Assembly (NCBI GenBank): GCA_001804415.1
Contig: MHGA01000006.1
Location: 14,308 to 78,307 of the forward strand
DNA: 64,000 nucleotides
Source: Candidatus Aquivivens invisus
Lineage (GTDB): Bacteria; Omnitrophota; Gorgyraeia; Aquiviventales; Aquiviventaceae
Direction of reading: 5' to 3'
The position numbers and the translations under genes were made by a program. This document shows positions 34,705 to 44,023 of the stretch, piece by piece. How positions within the stretch are numbered: position 1 is the first letter of the stretch; each line of letters begins with the position of its first letter. The notes under the pieces were generated by a model. It was not told where the DNA came from. It made no database searches and saw only the letters and a list, made by a program, of their open reading frames with translations.

Positions 34705-34819
34705 GATCGTCTTTCTTGCCCTTCTTCTCTTCCTGGCGGCTCTTGATGACCACGTACGCAAAGAAATACAGGACGCCGCCGACGAGAATGAGCACTACCC
34801 AATTTGCCGGGTCATGCAT
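34694..34819 (-). CDS. Unlisted 41-aa single-TM protein with Lys-rich C-tail, overlapping start of transporter
   Basis: SD GGAGGG 6 nt upstream of ATG 34819; MHDPANWVVLILVGGVLYFFAYVVIKSRQEEKKGKKDDHDR. Confidence 0.45.
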   Translation of the reverse strand: MHDPANWVVLILVGGVLYFFAYVVIKSRQEEKKGKKDDHDR

Positions 34820-34842
34820 CGTGATCCCTCCGTAACGGGAAG

Positions 34843-34925
34843 CGCAAAATAAAAACCGCCATCTAGCAAACGCTAGGTGGCGGCCCGACCACTAGAAACT
34901 CCTCCGGGCGATATACCCGGACCCT
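34843..34925 (-). terminator. Copy 2 of the repeated two-hairpin/terminator module (downstream of mscS)
   Basis: GGAAGCGCAAAATAAAAACCGCCATC identical to copy 3; first hairpin replaced by ccggg/cccgg stem. Confidence 0.6.
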
Positions 34926-35019
34926 TATTGGTACACTCGATTATGTTTGCAATTCTATCGCAAGCGATCTACGCGATCAAGCAGAACAACGGACCCACTC
35001 GTCATGCTGCACGTGATTA

Positions 35020-36174
35020 TCACGTTTGCTGAAGACCTCTCTGTGCGGCAGCAGCGCTCTCCTTCTGCACGCCCCAATAGAGCGTCCGGTGAGGAAACGG
35101 GATCTCGATGCCCAACTCATCGAACCGATTCTTTACGCGGCGCCGGAATTCCCGGGCCACGTCCCACTGTTTGATCGGCACCGTTTTAAAGAAACACTTG
35201 AGCGTCACTTGCGACTCCCCAAATTCCTCAACGCCAAGCATCTGGAGATCCTCCAGGATGAGCTTGCCGAAAACCGGATCCTGCCGCAGCTGCCGGCCCA
35301 GTTCTTTGAGGACGTCCATGACGTGATCCACATTCTCCTTGTAGGCGACGCCGATGTTGAACACCGCTCGGGACCATTCCTTCGTCATGTTGATGACGGC
35401 TTTGATCTCGCCGTTGGGGATGTAAATGACCCTGCCTTCAAGGTCTCTGAGGACCGTCACCCGCAGATTGACGTTCTCGACCATGCCCGCCAAGTCCCCG
35501 ATTTTGATCACGTCGTTGATCCGGTACTGCCCCTCGAATAAAATGAAGATGCCGTTGATAAGATCGCGGATCAGATACTGGCCGCCGAACCCGAAGGCCA
35601 ACCCGGCAATCCCGACGCCCGCCAGGAGTGGGGCCACATTGATCCCGATGGTTTCGAGGATGACATACAGCAGACACCCAACCAGGGTGACGGTTCCCAG
35701 CCAATAGGCCAGCCGGGAGAGCGTCTTAGCCCGCAGCCGTGCCTCGCTCTCGCGGATGGCGTCTTTCTGCGACATGAGCGTTTCGATCCGGCTGATGCCT
35801 CTCTTCAACAGGAGAAACAGCACCCCGCCGAAGAACAGGATCACCATGATCTTGATGGCCTTCTCGATCCAGAGCCAGACGGCCGAGCGTTCATGCGTGA
35901 CCGCGGCTTGTAATTTGGCCTCGGCCACCACCGCCTGCTGGGCCAACTGTTCGGCTTGCGCGCCAGAGACCTGCACTTGCTCCTGGAGCGCGGCTGACTC
36001 TTTGGCCAGCGCTTCAATGCGCTGTTCGAGGACTGCGGTCTCCGGGGTTCGCTCTGTCGCTGCAGTCCCAGTAGACTGCCATGCCAGTACACAGTAGATA
36101 GCTGCAATCCCGAGCAGCCACGGCGCGCCTGTGCGCCCGGTTCCCATTCGATGTCTCATGGCGGTAGCCTCCAC
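35020..36174 (-). CDS. Mechanosensitive ion channel, MscS family, with N-terminal periplasmic coiled-coil
   Basis: MscS TM3/beta domain, C-terminus IEIPFPHRTLY. Confidence 0.8.
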   Translation of the reverse strand: MEATAMRHRMGTGRTGAPWLLGIAAIYCVLAWQSTGTAATERTPETAVLEQRIEALAKESAALQEQVQVSGAQAEQLAQQAVVAEAKLQAAVTHERSAVWLWIEKAIKIMVILFFGGVLFLLLKRGISRIETLMSQKDAIRESEARLRAKTLSRLAYWLGTVTLVGCLLYVILETIGINVAPLLAGVGIAGLAFGFGGQYLIRDLINGIFILFEGQYRINDVIKIGDLAGMVENVNLRVTVLRDLEGRVIYIPNGEIKAVINMTKEWSRAVFNIGVAYKENVDHVMDVLKELGRQLRQDPVFGKLILEDLQMLGVEEFGESQVTLKCFFKTVPIKQWDVAREFRRRVKNRFDELGIEIPFPHRTLYWGVQKESAAAAQRGLQQT

Positions 36175-36203
36175 ACGTTGTTCACCTCTTCATGGCTCTT
36201 TCC

Positions 36204-36911
36204 TCAACAACGACTCAGTGGTAGTTTTTCTGCAAGGAGCACAAGACTTGGAAGATGTGGACGCGCTCTGAGCCGCTCATATTCTATCTCACGCAAGCCG
36301 TGACGTCGGATCAGAGTGCGCAGCGATGTGATGGTGAAATAGCGAAAGTACCGTGGCCCCAATCCCGATTCGTTGACGAATCCTTCTTGCGTGCCATATC
36401 GGACAAAGAGGTAGAGTAACCCGCCAGGCTTCAGGACGCGGACGAGCTCACCCAGAGCCGCATCGGCCGCCCGCCGGGTCAGGTGGTGGAACAGCGCCTG
36501 GGCCCGCACCGCGTCAATGCTCGCCTCCCGGAGACCCAGCCGCCGGATGTCCATTTGAACCAGCGCGCCCGAATCCAGCCCGAGTGCCCGTCTTCCCGCC
36601 TGGAGCATCGCCAAGGAAGAGTCGACACCGAACGCACGAACACCTGGTTGGGCCTTCAACCAGGCCAGGTCGCGTCCGTATCCGGTGCCGGCGTCAAGGA
36701 TGAGCGGAGGCTGGGTTTCGCGCAAGCCGAGCATCTGGCGCCGTGAACGAGCGACGGCCAGCAACCGGCGCAGCCATCGCGCCTCATGGGGCCTGGGACG
36801 ATCGCCCCGGAGCCGCCGAAACGCCTCGACAAATTCCGGGTTCGCATATTGCAAGCGTGTCACCTCTTCAAAGGTGAATTCAGCGGAACGAGAGGCCCGT
36901 TTCATCCCCAT
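36204..36911 (-). CDS. Class I SAM-dependent methyltransferase
   Basis: LDAGTGYG motif I, VLKPGGLL post-I. Confidence 0.7.
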   Translation of the reverse strand: MGMKRASRSAEFTFEEVTRLQYANPEFVEAFRRLRGDRPRPHEARWLRRLLAVARSRRQMLGLRETQPPLILDAGTGYGRDLAWLKAQPGVRAFGVDSSLAMLQAGRRALGLDSGALVQMDIRRLGLREASIDAVRAQALFHHLTRRAADAALGELVRVLKPGGLLYLFVRYGTQEGFVNESGLGPRYFRYFTITSLRTLIRRHGLREIEYERLRARPHLPSLVLLAEKLPLSRC

Positions 36912-37098
36912 CAGAGCTTCCAAGAAGATAAAAGGAGCTGGGCCCCATTCTGCTTCCGCCACCACACCAACCACGCTGAGGCGGAACCACGCGAAGGAGG
37001 TGAGTCCTCGTCAGGCCCAGCTCTCATCACCAGTTAGCCGGTCTCGTCGTTCAAAGCGGGTCCATTACCACCCCTGTCTGTGGCCGATCAAGATTCCC

Positions 37099-37476
37099 TC
37101 ACTGCCCCTTGTAACGCAATTCCACCCCGTGGTTCGGGCAGAATTTGATCCCTTCGGTATAAATCTCGCCACCGACCGGGCAGATTTTGGTCTGGCCGGA
37201 TGTCAGTGGATACTGCTGTCGTTGGAGCTTCTTGTCTTGTGCCTCCAGCGCTGAGCCGATCAATCCCCCACTCAGCGCTCCTAATCCGGCGCCGATCGCC
37301 GTCCCAGCTCCGGCTTTCCCTTTTTGCTCGCCGATGATCGCGCCGGTGCCTGCCCCGAGCAATCCGCCCAGCGCTGCGCCCTGCACGGCTTTGGACTGCG
37401 CGGCGGTCTGTGCGCCTTCACATCCGACCACACCCACGAGGCTCAAGCACAACACGGACCGAGCCATCCACGCCAT
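37099..37476 (-). CDS. Glycine-zipper lipoprotein with C-terminal zinc ribbon
   Basis: Lipobox LVGVVGC, GxxxG zipper run, CPVGG...CPNHG. Confidence 0.55.
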   Translation of the reverse strand: MAWMARSVLCLSLVGVVGCEGAQTAAQSKAVQGAALGGLLGAGTGAIIGEQKGKAGAGTAIGAGLGALSGGLIGSALEAQDKKLQRQQYPLTSGQTKICPVGGEIYTEGIKFCPNHGVELRYKGQ

Positions 37477-37488
37477 CGTTGTTCCTCC

Positions 37489-37929
37489 TTAACGCCGCTG
37501 CGGCCTGGGGCGCGTGATCTCCACGGGAATCCCGCCTTCCGGCAACGGCACATCAATGCGTGTGACGGGAAAGGTGACGAGGTGCACGGCACCTCCCACC
37601 GTATCGCCGATTGCGTTCCACACCCCCTCGGCAACTCCGCGACCGATGGACTGCTTTCGCCTGAAGGCTTCCCAGGGCTCAGTCACCAGTTTGGTCCATC
37701 CAAAGACAACGTTCGTGAGTCCGAAGGCGAATTTCGCCTTGACCCGAGTACCCTGCCCGACTTCACGCGTCCAATAACTGCCCTTCCAGGGAGTGGTTGT
37801 CTTCGCCTGGGTCGGCTTCGACGATAAAGGAGAGCGACCGGTCCGCGGCCCCTCGTCTTTCGCCAACGCCAATGTGGGCGCGATGCCAAGAAGGACGATG
37901 AGCGCCCACCCATTCCATCTTGTCAACAT
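37489..37929 (-). CDS. Small secreted protein, paralog family member (KFxxGLxNxxxGWxEI...VGGAxHxxTFP)
   Basis: Signal peptide plus conserved block shared with 47084 and 56874. Confidence 0.6.
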   Translation of the reverse strand: MLTRWNGWALIVLLGIAPTLALAKDEGPRTGRSPLSSKPTQAKTTTPWKGSYWTREVGQGTRVKAKFAFGLTNVVFGWTKLVTEPWEAFRRKQSIGRGVAEGVWNAIGDTVGGAVHLVTFPVTRIDVPLPEGGIPVEITRPRPQRR

Positions 37930-37964
37930 GCCTGCCTCCTTTGTGTGAGTCATCAGACGCTCCG

Positions 37965-38411
37965 TTACTCCTCAGGAAGATAGCTCGCGAGCCTCGCCCA
38001 GGTTTTCGGCCCGACTTTGCCATCGGCTGAGAGTCCGTTGGTCCGCTGGAACTCCTTGATGGCCTGTTTGGTCTGTGGACCGATCTTGCCGTCGACGCTC
38101 CCCGTGTAGTGCCCGGCGTTCTTCAGTGCCGTCTGGATCCGCCTCGGGGTGGATTTAACGGCAGCGGCTCGTCCCGACTGGCCGAACCCTGCTTGCATTC
38201 CCTCGACACGACCTCGAAGGTAGGAGACATCCTCCCGCTGGTTCCAGGCCTTGCCTTCGATGAGTCCCAAGTGGTTCTCCAGCATGCTGACCCGGCCATC
38301 AAGCTGGGCCACCTGCATATTCAGATTCTGCGTCTGCGCTGCCCGATGGCCGGCGCATCCCGTCAGGGTGACCACCATCAGACCCAGCAAACCCATGTAC
38401 CGTCCTTTCAT
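37965..38411 (-). CDS. Lipoprotein with C-terminal peptidoglycan-binding (PG_binding_1) domain
   Basis: Lipobox LTGC; LKNAGHYTGSVDGKIGPQTKQAIKEFQRTNGLSADGKVGPKTW. Confidence 0.7.
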   Translation of the reverse strand: MKGRYMGLLGLMVVTLTGCAGHRAAQTQNLNMQVAQLDGRVSMLENHLGLIEGKAWNQREDVSYLRGRVEGMQAGFGQSGRAAAVKSTPRRIQTALKNAGHYTGSVDGKIGPQTKQAIKEFQRTNGLSADGKVGPKTWARLASYLPEE

Positions 38412-38433
38412 GTCCTCTTACCTCCTTTGCGGC

Positions 38434-39066
38434 TTACTTCATCCATCCGTCGTCGTCTGCGCGACTGACATTCTTTTCTGGCAGCGACACCATCACTGAC
38501 ACCGGCTCCGTTCTCGTGGCCATGCGGGGACGATCCAGGAAGAGCCGCACGCTGTAGGCCATGCCATCCCAGACCGGCAGCACGCATTCCCGCAACAGCT
38601 CGGATTCGTGCCTCGGTGGCAACTTCGTCATCGTGTTGAGCAGGGTGGTCACGTCGTAGTGCCGCTCCACGTCGCGTTGCCAGCGCACGGACTGCCCAGG
38701 CGACTCGGTGATTGAGCAGCTCAGCATGGCCTCATGTCTGACGTGTGTAGGATAACGCCGGCGGATGGTGTAGCCCAAGCGGGGGACGGTACACGTCAGG
38801 ATATAATCAGCTGTGCCTGTCTCCGCCGTGACAGCACGAACGCCTTTTGACCGGAGCTGATGGAGTAGAAGCTGGGTGAACTCTTCGGGGCTCAGGTGGC
38901 TTGTTTGCCGCGCCGCGGCATCAGAGACCACAGGGTTTACCAAGAGCGTCTGTGCGGCTTCGCCAGAGAACAGCGGAGGGCCTGATCGCTTCAGACCTGC
39001 GCCGGTGCCGCACCCTGTGATCCCAACAACGCACGCTACCAGGAACCACCACCACCACTGGTTCAT
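38434..39066 (-). CDS. Hypothetical lipoprotein
   Basis: MNQWWWWFLVACVVGITGC lipobox; N-terminal extension of the longer ORF rejected. Confidence 0.45.
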   Translation of the reverse strand: MNQWWWWFLVACVVGITGCGTGAGLKRSGPPLFSGEAAQTLLVNPVVSDAAARQTSHLSPEEFTQLLLHQLRSKGVRAVTAETGTADYILTCTVPRLGYTIRRRYPTHVRHEAMLSCSITESPGQSVRWQRDVERHYDVTTLLNTMTKLPPRHESELLRECVLPVWDGMAYSVRLFLDRPRMATRTEPVSVMVSLPEKNVSRADDDGWMK

Positions 39067-39079
39067 GACGTTCGACGTG

Positions 39080-39481
39080 TTACCACCTTGCTTTCTTCTT
39101 GGTCTGGGTTGCCGACGGCTTTGCTGCGGGCTGCACAGCCTTGGGCGTCTCAACGAAAATGCGCTTCGCAATGTTGTTGCCCCGCCTGACTTCGTAGTCG
39201 GCTCGGAGGAGATCGCCCATGCGGATGTTTGACGCGGGGATCACCTTGTCGTTCTTCATGATCAGGGTTTTCTTGGGGTCAATCTGGAGCGTGACCGCCT
39301 GACCCTGTGTGGGCTTCACCGTGACCATTGGGCGTTTGCTGTCCTTGACGTTCACGACGGTCACTTTGCCACTGGCAAATGATGCCGTAGACGCCTTCTT
39401 CCCCATCACCGAAGCCAGCGAACCGATCACGAACAGGCTGGCAACAGCCAGCCCGATGGCAACAATCCAACGTCTACGCAT
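39080..39481 (-). CDS. Secreted hypothetical protein
   Basis: Signal peptide, 133 aa. Confidence 0.45.
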   Translation of the reverse strand: MRRRWIVAIGLAVASLFVIGSLASVMGKKASTASFASGKVTVVNVKDSKRPMVTVKPTQGQAVTLQIDPKKTLIMKNDKVIPASNIRMGDLLRADYEVRRGNNIAKRIFVETPKAVQPAAKPSATQTKKKARW

Positions 39482-39502
39482 GGACTCCCCCTCCTTCCGT
39501 GG

Positions 39503-40243
39503 CTAATCTTCAAGCGCTGCGCGCTCCTGGGCGCGCAGGCTTCCCGGCTCCAGATACTCGCTCAACGCCGTCCACGTCTTCACCCCCACGACTCCATCCG
39601 GCTCCAGGCCGTTGGCTCGCTGAAACGACCGCAGCGCCTGGTCAGTCCGGGGGCCGAGCTCGCCATCAATCGGTCCCAGATCGAAGCCGGCCTGCGTGAG
39701 GGCGAGCTGGACTTTCTTGATTCGCTCCGGGGAGCGCAGGCGAGATTCGAGGATCGCGGAGCGGACCTCATCCCTCTTGCTCGCTGAAGCAGGAGCCTTC
39801 TCTACCTCGGTCGTTGCACTGACCTCAGGGGCATCAGACACCTGTTCCGGCGAGGGATCGAACATGGATGTGGCGGCAGCAGCGAGACGCTGAGGCGCCG
39901 GATCTTCCAGCGCTGAGCGGTCGCGGCTGCGGGCTTGTAAGGCGTTCCACGTTTCGGTGTTCACCTCGCCTGTCGGCTTCAGGTCGTTGGCGGACTGAAA
40001 CGCTTTGAGCGCACGTCGCGTCCGGTGGCCCATCTGACCATCGATCGGCCCTGGATCAAATCCTGCCTGTTGTAAGGCACGCTGGACATCGGCCAGTGGT
40101 GGAGGGAAGGCGGCCTTCGAGGACTGTCGTTCTGGTGAAGCATTAATGGTCTGCTGAAAGAACTGCCCGATGCCTTCGCGCAGCGGCCCCGCAAGCCACA
40201 GCACGATGGCGCCGATTCCGAGAATGACCAGCAGCCGTTTCAT
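39503..40243 (-). CDS. Secreted protein with two peptidoglycan-binding (PG_binding_1) domains
   Basis: Two copies of LxxAGFDxGPIDGxxGxRTxxALxxFQxANxLxxxG. Confidence 0.7.
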   Translation of the reverse strand: MKRLLVILGIGAIVLWLAGPLREGIGQFFQQTINASPERQSSKAAFPPPLADVQRALQQAGFDPGPIDGQMGHRTRRALKAFQSANDLKPTGEVNTETWNALQARSRDRSALEDPAPQRLAAAATSMFDPSPEQVSDAPEVSATTEVEKAPASASKRDEVRSAILESRLRSPERIKKVQLALTQAGFDLGPIDGELGPRTDQALRSFQRANGLEPDGVVGVKTWTALSEYLEPGSLRAQERAALED

Positions 40244-40252
40244 CGTGGACGA

Positions 40253-40960
40253 TCAGCCTCCCTGCCGCCGGAAGGCGAGCAAGGCGTTGGCAAGACGCCG
40301 GGCGATCTCTTCACGCACAGCAGGATCATTGAGCAGTGCTTCATCCTTCGAGTTGGTGAGAAAGCCGGTCTCCACCAGGACCGCTGGAATGGGCGTATGT
40401 TTCAGCACATGAAACCTGGCCTGCTTGATGCCGCGATCCTTGAGCGGCCAGTCGCGCCGAAACTCGCGCTGAATGAGCTGGGCGAGCCGATAGCTGGCAT
40501 CGGGTGAGCGAGCGCTGGCGTACGCAATACCGCGGCCGTACCGCGCGGCATCAGGCAGGTAGTACACCTCAAAGCCCGAGGCGGAGGTATTTTTGGCGGC
40601 ATTGGCGTGGATGCTCAGGAACGCCCAGGCGCCTGAGCGTTTCCCGAGATCACTACGCTGGGCCAGCGTGACCGTCTGATCTCCGGCTCGTGTCAGCATC
40701 ACGCGCAAGCCCGCTTGCTCCAACTGGCGCTTGAGGCGCCGGGTGATATCCAGCGTGACCACTTTCTCCGCGGTACCGCGTCGGCCCCGCGCGCCGACTT
40801 GCTGCCCGCCGTGCCCTGGGTCAAGAACGACATCCCAACCTGCGGGCTTGGCCGGCAGACGCGCAGGCGGCACGCGGGACGGGGCATAGACCCCTGGCGT
40901 AGCGCAGCCGGCAACGACCAATATGAGGGCCAGAGCGCCCCATCGCATGCTCCTCATCAC
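40253..40960 (-). CDS. N-acetylmuramoyl-L-alanine amidase (Amidase_3/AmiC family) lipoprotein
   Basis: LDPGHGG, FLSIHANA, VLVETGFLTN motifs. Confidence 0.8.
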   Translation of the reverse strand: MMRSMRWGALALILVVAGCATPGVYAPSRVPPARLPAKPAGWDVVLDPGHGGQQVGARGRRGTAEKVVTLDITRRLKRQLEQAGLRVMLTRAGDQTVTLAQRSDLGKRSGAWAFLSIHANAAKNTSASGFEVYYLPDAARYGRGIAYASARSPDASYRLAQLIQREFRRDWPLKDRGIKQARFHVLKHTPIPAVLVETGFLTNSKDEALLNDPAVREEIARRLANALLAFRRQGG

Positions 40961-41023
40961 ACCACTGGTTTGGATACCATGTCCCTACTTGATAGAAGCG
41001 CAGAAATCGTGCCAACGTCCTGT

Positions 41024-41058
41024 CAAAAACAAAAACCTCGTAACTGTCGTTACGAGGC
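41024..41058 (-). terminator. Intrinsic terminator after the sigma-54 two-component operon (minus strand: CCUCGUAAC-GACA-GUUACGAGG plus UUUUUGUUUUU)
   Basis: Perfect 9-bp stem and U-run read on minus strand. Confidence 0.7.
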
Positions 41059-41148
41059 TATGTTACAAGCAGCGCGTCGAGTGAAATGTTTAGGTCATAA
41101 CCGATCCTGGCTGGTTAACGGCTTGCCAGTAAGGAAAGCGTGTTGCCT

Positions 41149-42576
41149 CTAGCCCTCCCGTTGGTTGAGGTGCACCCTACGCTGGATACGGTACTTGGAG
41201 ATTTTTTCCCGAAGCGTCGGCCGGGTGATGCCCAGCAACTTCGCGGCTTGAGCCAGATTCCCCTGGGTCTGCATGAGCGCCTCCAGGATGAGCTGCGCCT
41301 CGACCTGCTCGATCAGGTGTTGGTGGGCACTGCCAGGCGCCTGCTCCAGATGCTGCCGCGCCAACTCGCGCACGGCGTTCAAGCTCTCCGGAGCCGACCG
41401 GAGCTGAACGGCCGAGCTCTGCCCGAGGCGTAGATGTTCCGGCATCAGCACATCGCCCTGGCCCAGTACCATCGCCTGCTTGATGCAGTTCTCCAGCTCG
41501 CGGACATTGCCCGGCCACTCGTAGGCGCTTAACCGCTCCAACGCCTCCGGGGATAACCGCATGCCGCTTTTCTGGAGCTCCCGGCTGTACCGCTTCAGGA
41601 AGTATTCCGCCAGCAGCGGGATGTCCTCTTTACGCTCCCGGAGTGACGGCACGGTAATCGTCACGACATGGAGCCGGTAGTAAAGATCCTCCCGAAACCG
41701 CCGGTCGCGGATCAACGCTTCGAGGTCCTGATTGGTCGCCGCCAGCAGCCGCACATCCACGCGGATCGTCTCGTGGCCTCCGAGACGTTCACACGTGCCC
41801 TCTTGGAGCACCCGTAACACCTTCGCTTGGGTGGAAGGGCTCATGTCTCCCACTTCATCTAGGAGTATGGTCCCACCGCTGGCCTGCTCAAACTTGCCCG
41901 GCTTGCGAGCCACCGCCCCCGTAAAGGCCCCCTTTTCATAGCCGAACAGTTCGCTCTCCAGGAGTGTTTCAGGAATCGCCGCGCAGTTGACCGCGATGAA
42001 CGGCCGTTCCGCCCGCTGGCTATGATGGTAGATGGCCCGGGCCACCAGCTCCTTACCGGTGCCGCTCTCCCCCCGGATCAGCACGGTCACATTGGAGGGC
42101 GCGACTTGCCCGATAAGTTTATACACCTCAATCATCTTGGAGGACTTTCCAATGATCCGCTGCGCGCGCGCATCAGCATCAGCGGCGCCGTAGGTCACAG
42201 GGGTGCGCATGAGCTGCCCCATGGCCAAGGCCCGCTCGATCAGCGCGGTCAGCTTCGGGATATCGAAGGGCTTCAGGGTGTACTCGAACGCCCCGAGCTT
42301 CATCGCCTCAATGGCGGTATCGGTCGTGCCATACGCGGTCATCATGATCACGGGCACCTTCGGGACGATGGCCTTCGCCTGCCGGAAGGTCTCCAGGCCG
42401 GAGAGCCCGGCCATGCGGATATCCATGAGAATAAGATCGGGCGAATTCGATCCGAGCAGCGAGAGCGCCTGCTCGCCGCTTTTGGCCGTGAGGACCTCAT
42501 GTCCCTTCTTACCGAGCAGGTGCTGGAATGACGTCAAGACGTTGCGCTCGTCATCTACGACGAGGATGCGGCTCAT
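41149..42576 (-). CDS. Sigma-54-dependent response regulator (NtrC family)
   Basis: REC domain MSRILVVDDE, AAA+ sigma-54 activator GESGTGKE/GAFTGA, C-terminal HTH; start at 42576 (4-nt overlap with kinase). Confidence 0.85.
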   Translation of the reverse strand: MSRILVVDDERNVLTSFQHLLGKKGHEVLTAKSGEQALSLLGSNSPDLILMDIRMAGLSGLETFRQAKAIVPKVPVIMMTAYGTTDTAIEAMKLGAFEYTLKPFDIPKLTALIERALAMGQLMRTPVTYGAADADARAQRIIGKSSKMIEVYKLIGQVAPSNVTVLIRGESGTGKELVARAIYHHSQRAERPFIAVNCAAIPETLLESELFGYEKGAFTGAVARKPGKFEQASGGTILLDEVGDMSPSTQAKVLRVLQEGTCERLGGHETIRVDVRLLAATNQDLEALIRDRRFREDLYYRLHVVTITVPSLRERKEDIPLLAEYFLKRYSRELQKSGMRLSPEALERLSAYEWPGNVRELENCIKQAMVLGQGDVLMPEHLRLGQSSAVQLRSAPESLNAVRELARQHLEQAPGSAHQHLIEQVEAQLILEALMQTQGNLAQAAKLLGITRPTLREKISKYRIQRRVHLNQREG

Positions 42577-43901
42577 GCGACCGCTCCGACAGGTTGGAGC
42601 AGCGGGAGCCGGATCGCCACCGTCGTGCCCGCCCCATGGCGATCCTTCAGTGCAATGCTGCCTCGATGCTGCTCCACCACCTTCTTGGCCAGTGACAGTC
42701 CAAGCCCGATCCCATTGGCCTTCGTCGTGAAGAAGGGCTCGAAGAGATTGGCCCGCGACTCCTTGGGGATGCCGGGGCCGGTGTCGCTCACGGAGACTTC
42801 GAGCGATCCATCCGCCCAAGAAGCCCCGATATCGACCACCCCACCTTCCGGCATGGCCTGGACGGCATTGAGGAGCAGATTCAATAGCACCTGTTCCAGC
42901 TGCTCCGCATCGCCGTGCACCAAGGGCAGGCCGTCGGACAGGCTGGTGCGGACTTGTATCGCTTGTTCCTCAAGAGTTGGCTTCATGACCTCAAGCGCCC
43001 GCGTGATGACGTCGCTGACCGCAAGCAACCGGAGGCAGGGCTCCGGCAGCCGCGCGAGGTCCAGAAAGTTCTGGACCATTCGCTCCAGCCGCTCGATCTC
43101 CTGCCGGATGACGGTCACGTGATCCTGGCTGGCGTGTGACGCCTCGAGTTCGTCCTGCAACGCGTGGATGCGCATTTTGATCGCGGTCAGGGGATTGCGC
43201 ACCTCGTGGGCGACGAGGCCTGCCATGTGCCCCAGGGAGGCGAGCTTCTCCGACTGCACCAGCCGTCGCGTCATGCTCCGCGCGATCAGCCAGCCACCGA
43301 GCACCCCCAACAGGATGGCGGTGGCCACGCTGCCCCAGAGCATCGTCTGAAACCAAATGAGCCGGTGACCGCTGGCTTGCTGCGACTCCGCGATCAGCTG
43401 CTCATTGAAGAAGAGCAGTTCCTCGCAGGAATCATAAAGCCGATCCGCCAGCTCGCGGCCATGCTGGAACAACAGCTGCTCGGCCGCGCGCGTCTCGCCA
43501 TCCTGAGCAAGCTGGATGACGTGATACCGCAGACGGTCGTACTCTTGATAGAGCAAACGAATCCGATCCAAGATTCGCTGCTCATGTGTTGTCAAGGCGA
43601 CCTGTTTAGCTTTGTTAAACCACTCCTCGAATTTGGCACGCTTCTCTTCCAGGAGCTTCAGCCATTGCGGATCGCCGTTCACCAGGTAGCTGCTGACCAG
43701 GCCTTTTTGGTCCAACAGCGTGATCTCAAGCTCTTCTGCAGCCTTGAGACTAGAGACGTTCTCGGTGAGAATGGCTTGCGAAGATCGAGCCACCGTATGG
43801 CTCATCTGCCCGGCAAGCAGACCAATCGCCACGACGAGCAGCCCGAGCAACACGGACCAGGCGAGTACTCTTGTCTTAAAGGACCACATGAGAGATTTCA
43901 C
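42573..43901 (-). CDS. Sensor histidine kinase (HisKA/HATPase, NtrB/AtoS-like)
   Basis: H-box HEVRNPLTAIK, N/G boxes, 2 TM. Confidence 0.8.
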   Translation of the reverse strand: MKSLMWSFKTRVLAWSVLLGLLVVAIGLLAGQMSHTVARSSQAILTENVSSLKAAEELEITLLDQKGLVSSYLVNGDPQWLKLLEEKRAKFEEWFNKAKQVALTTHEQRILDRIRLLYQEYDRLRYHVIQLAQDGETRAAEQLLFQHGRELADRLYDSCEELLFFNEQLIAESQQASGHRLIWFQTMLWGSVATAILLGVLGGWLIARSMTRRLVQSEKLASLGHMAGLVAHEVRNPLTAIKMRIHALQDELEASHASQDHVTVIRQEIERLERMVQNFLDLARLPEPCLRLLAVSDVITRALEVMKPTLEEQAIQVRTSLSDGLPLVHGDAEQLEQVLLNLLLNAVQAMPEGGVVDIGASWADGSLEVSVSDTGPGIPKESRANLFEPFFTTKANGIGLGLSLAKKVVEQHRGSIALKDRHGAGTTVAIRLPLLQPVGAVA

Positions 43902-44023
43902 GACGCTATTATAGCCTCATCGGCCTGGTTTCTTGTATTGCGTCCCAAATTGCTCCGTAATTGCCCGAAGATCTTGGATTGCTCGTTCGATGGTTCGCTG
44001 GCTGGCTCGTTTTCCGTCGCGGA

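Noticed and set aside
36975-37098. Scan of intergenic regions for tRNA/rRNA/tmRNA-like sequences
   Set aside because: No T-loop (GGTTCGAATCC-like) or acceptor-stem patterns were found in this or any other spacer of the window. No RNA gene is called.
41149-42819. 81-aa N-terminal extension of the NtrC-like ORF
   Set aside because: The REC domain starts at MSRILVVDDE (42576), which overlaps the kinase stop by 4 nt. The upstream part lies inside the kinase gene.
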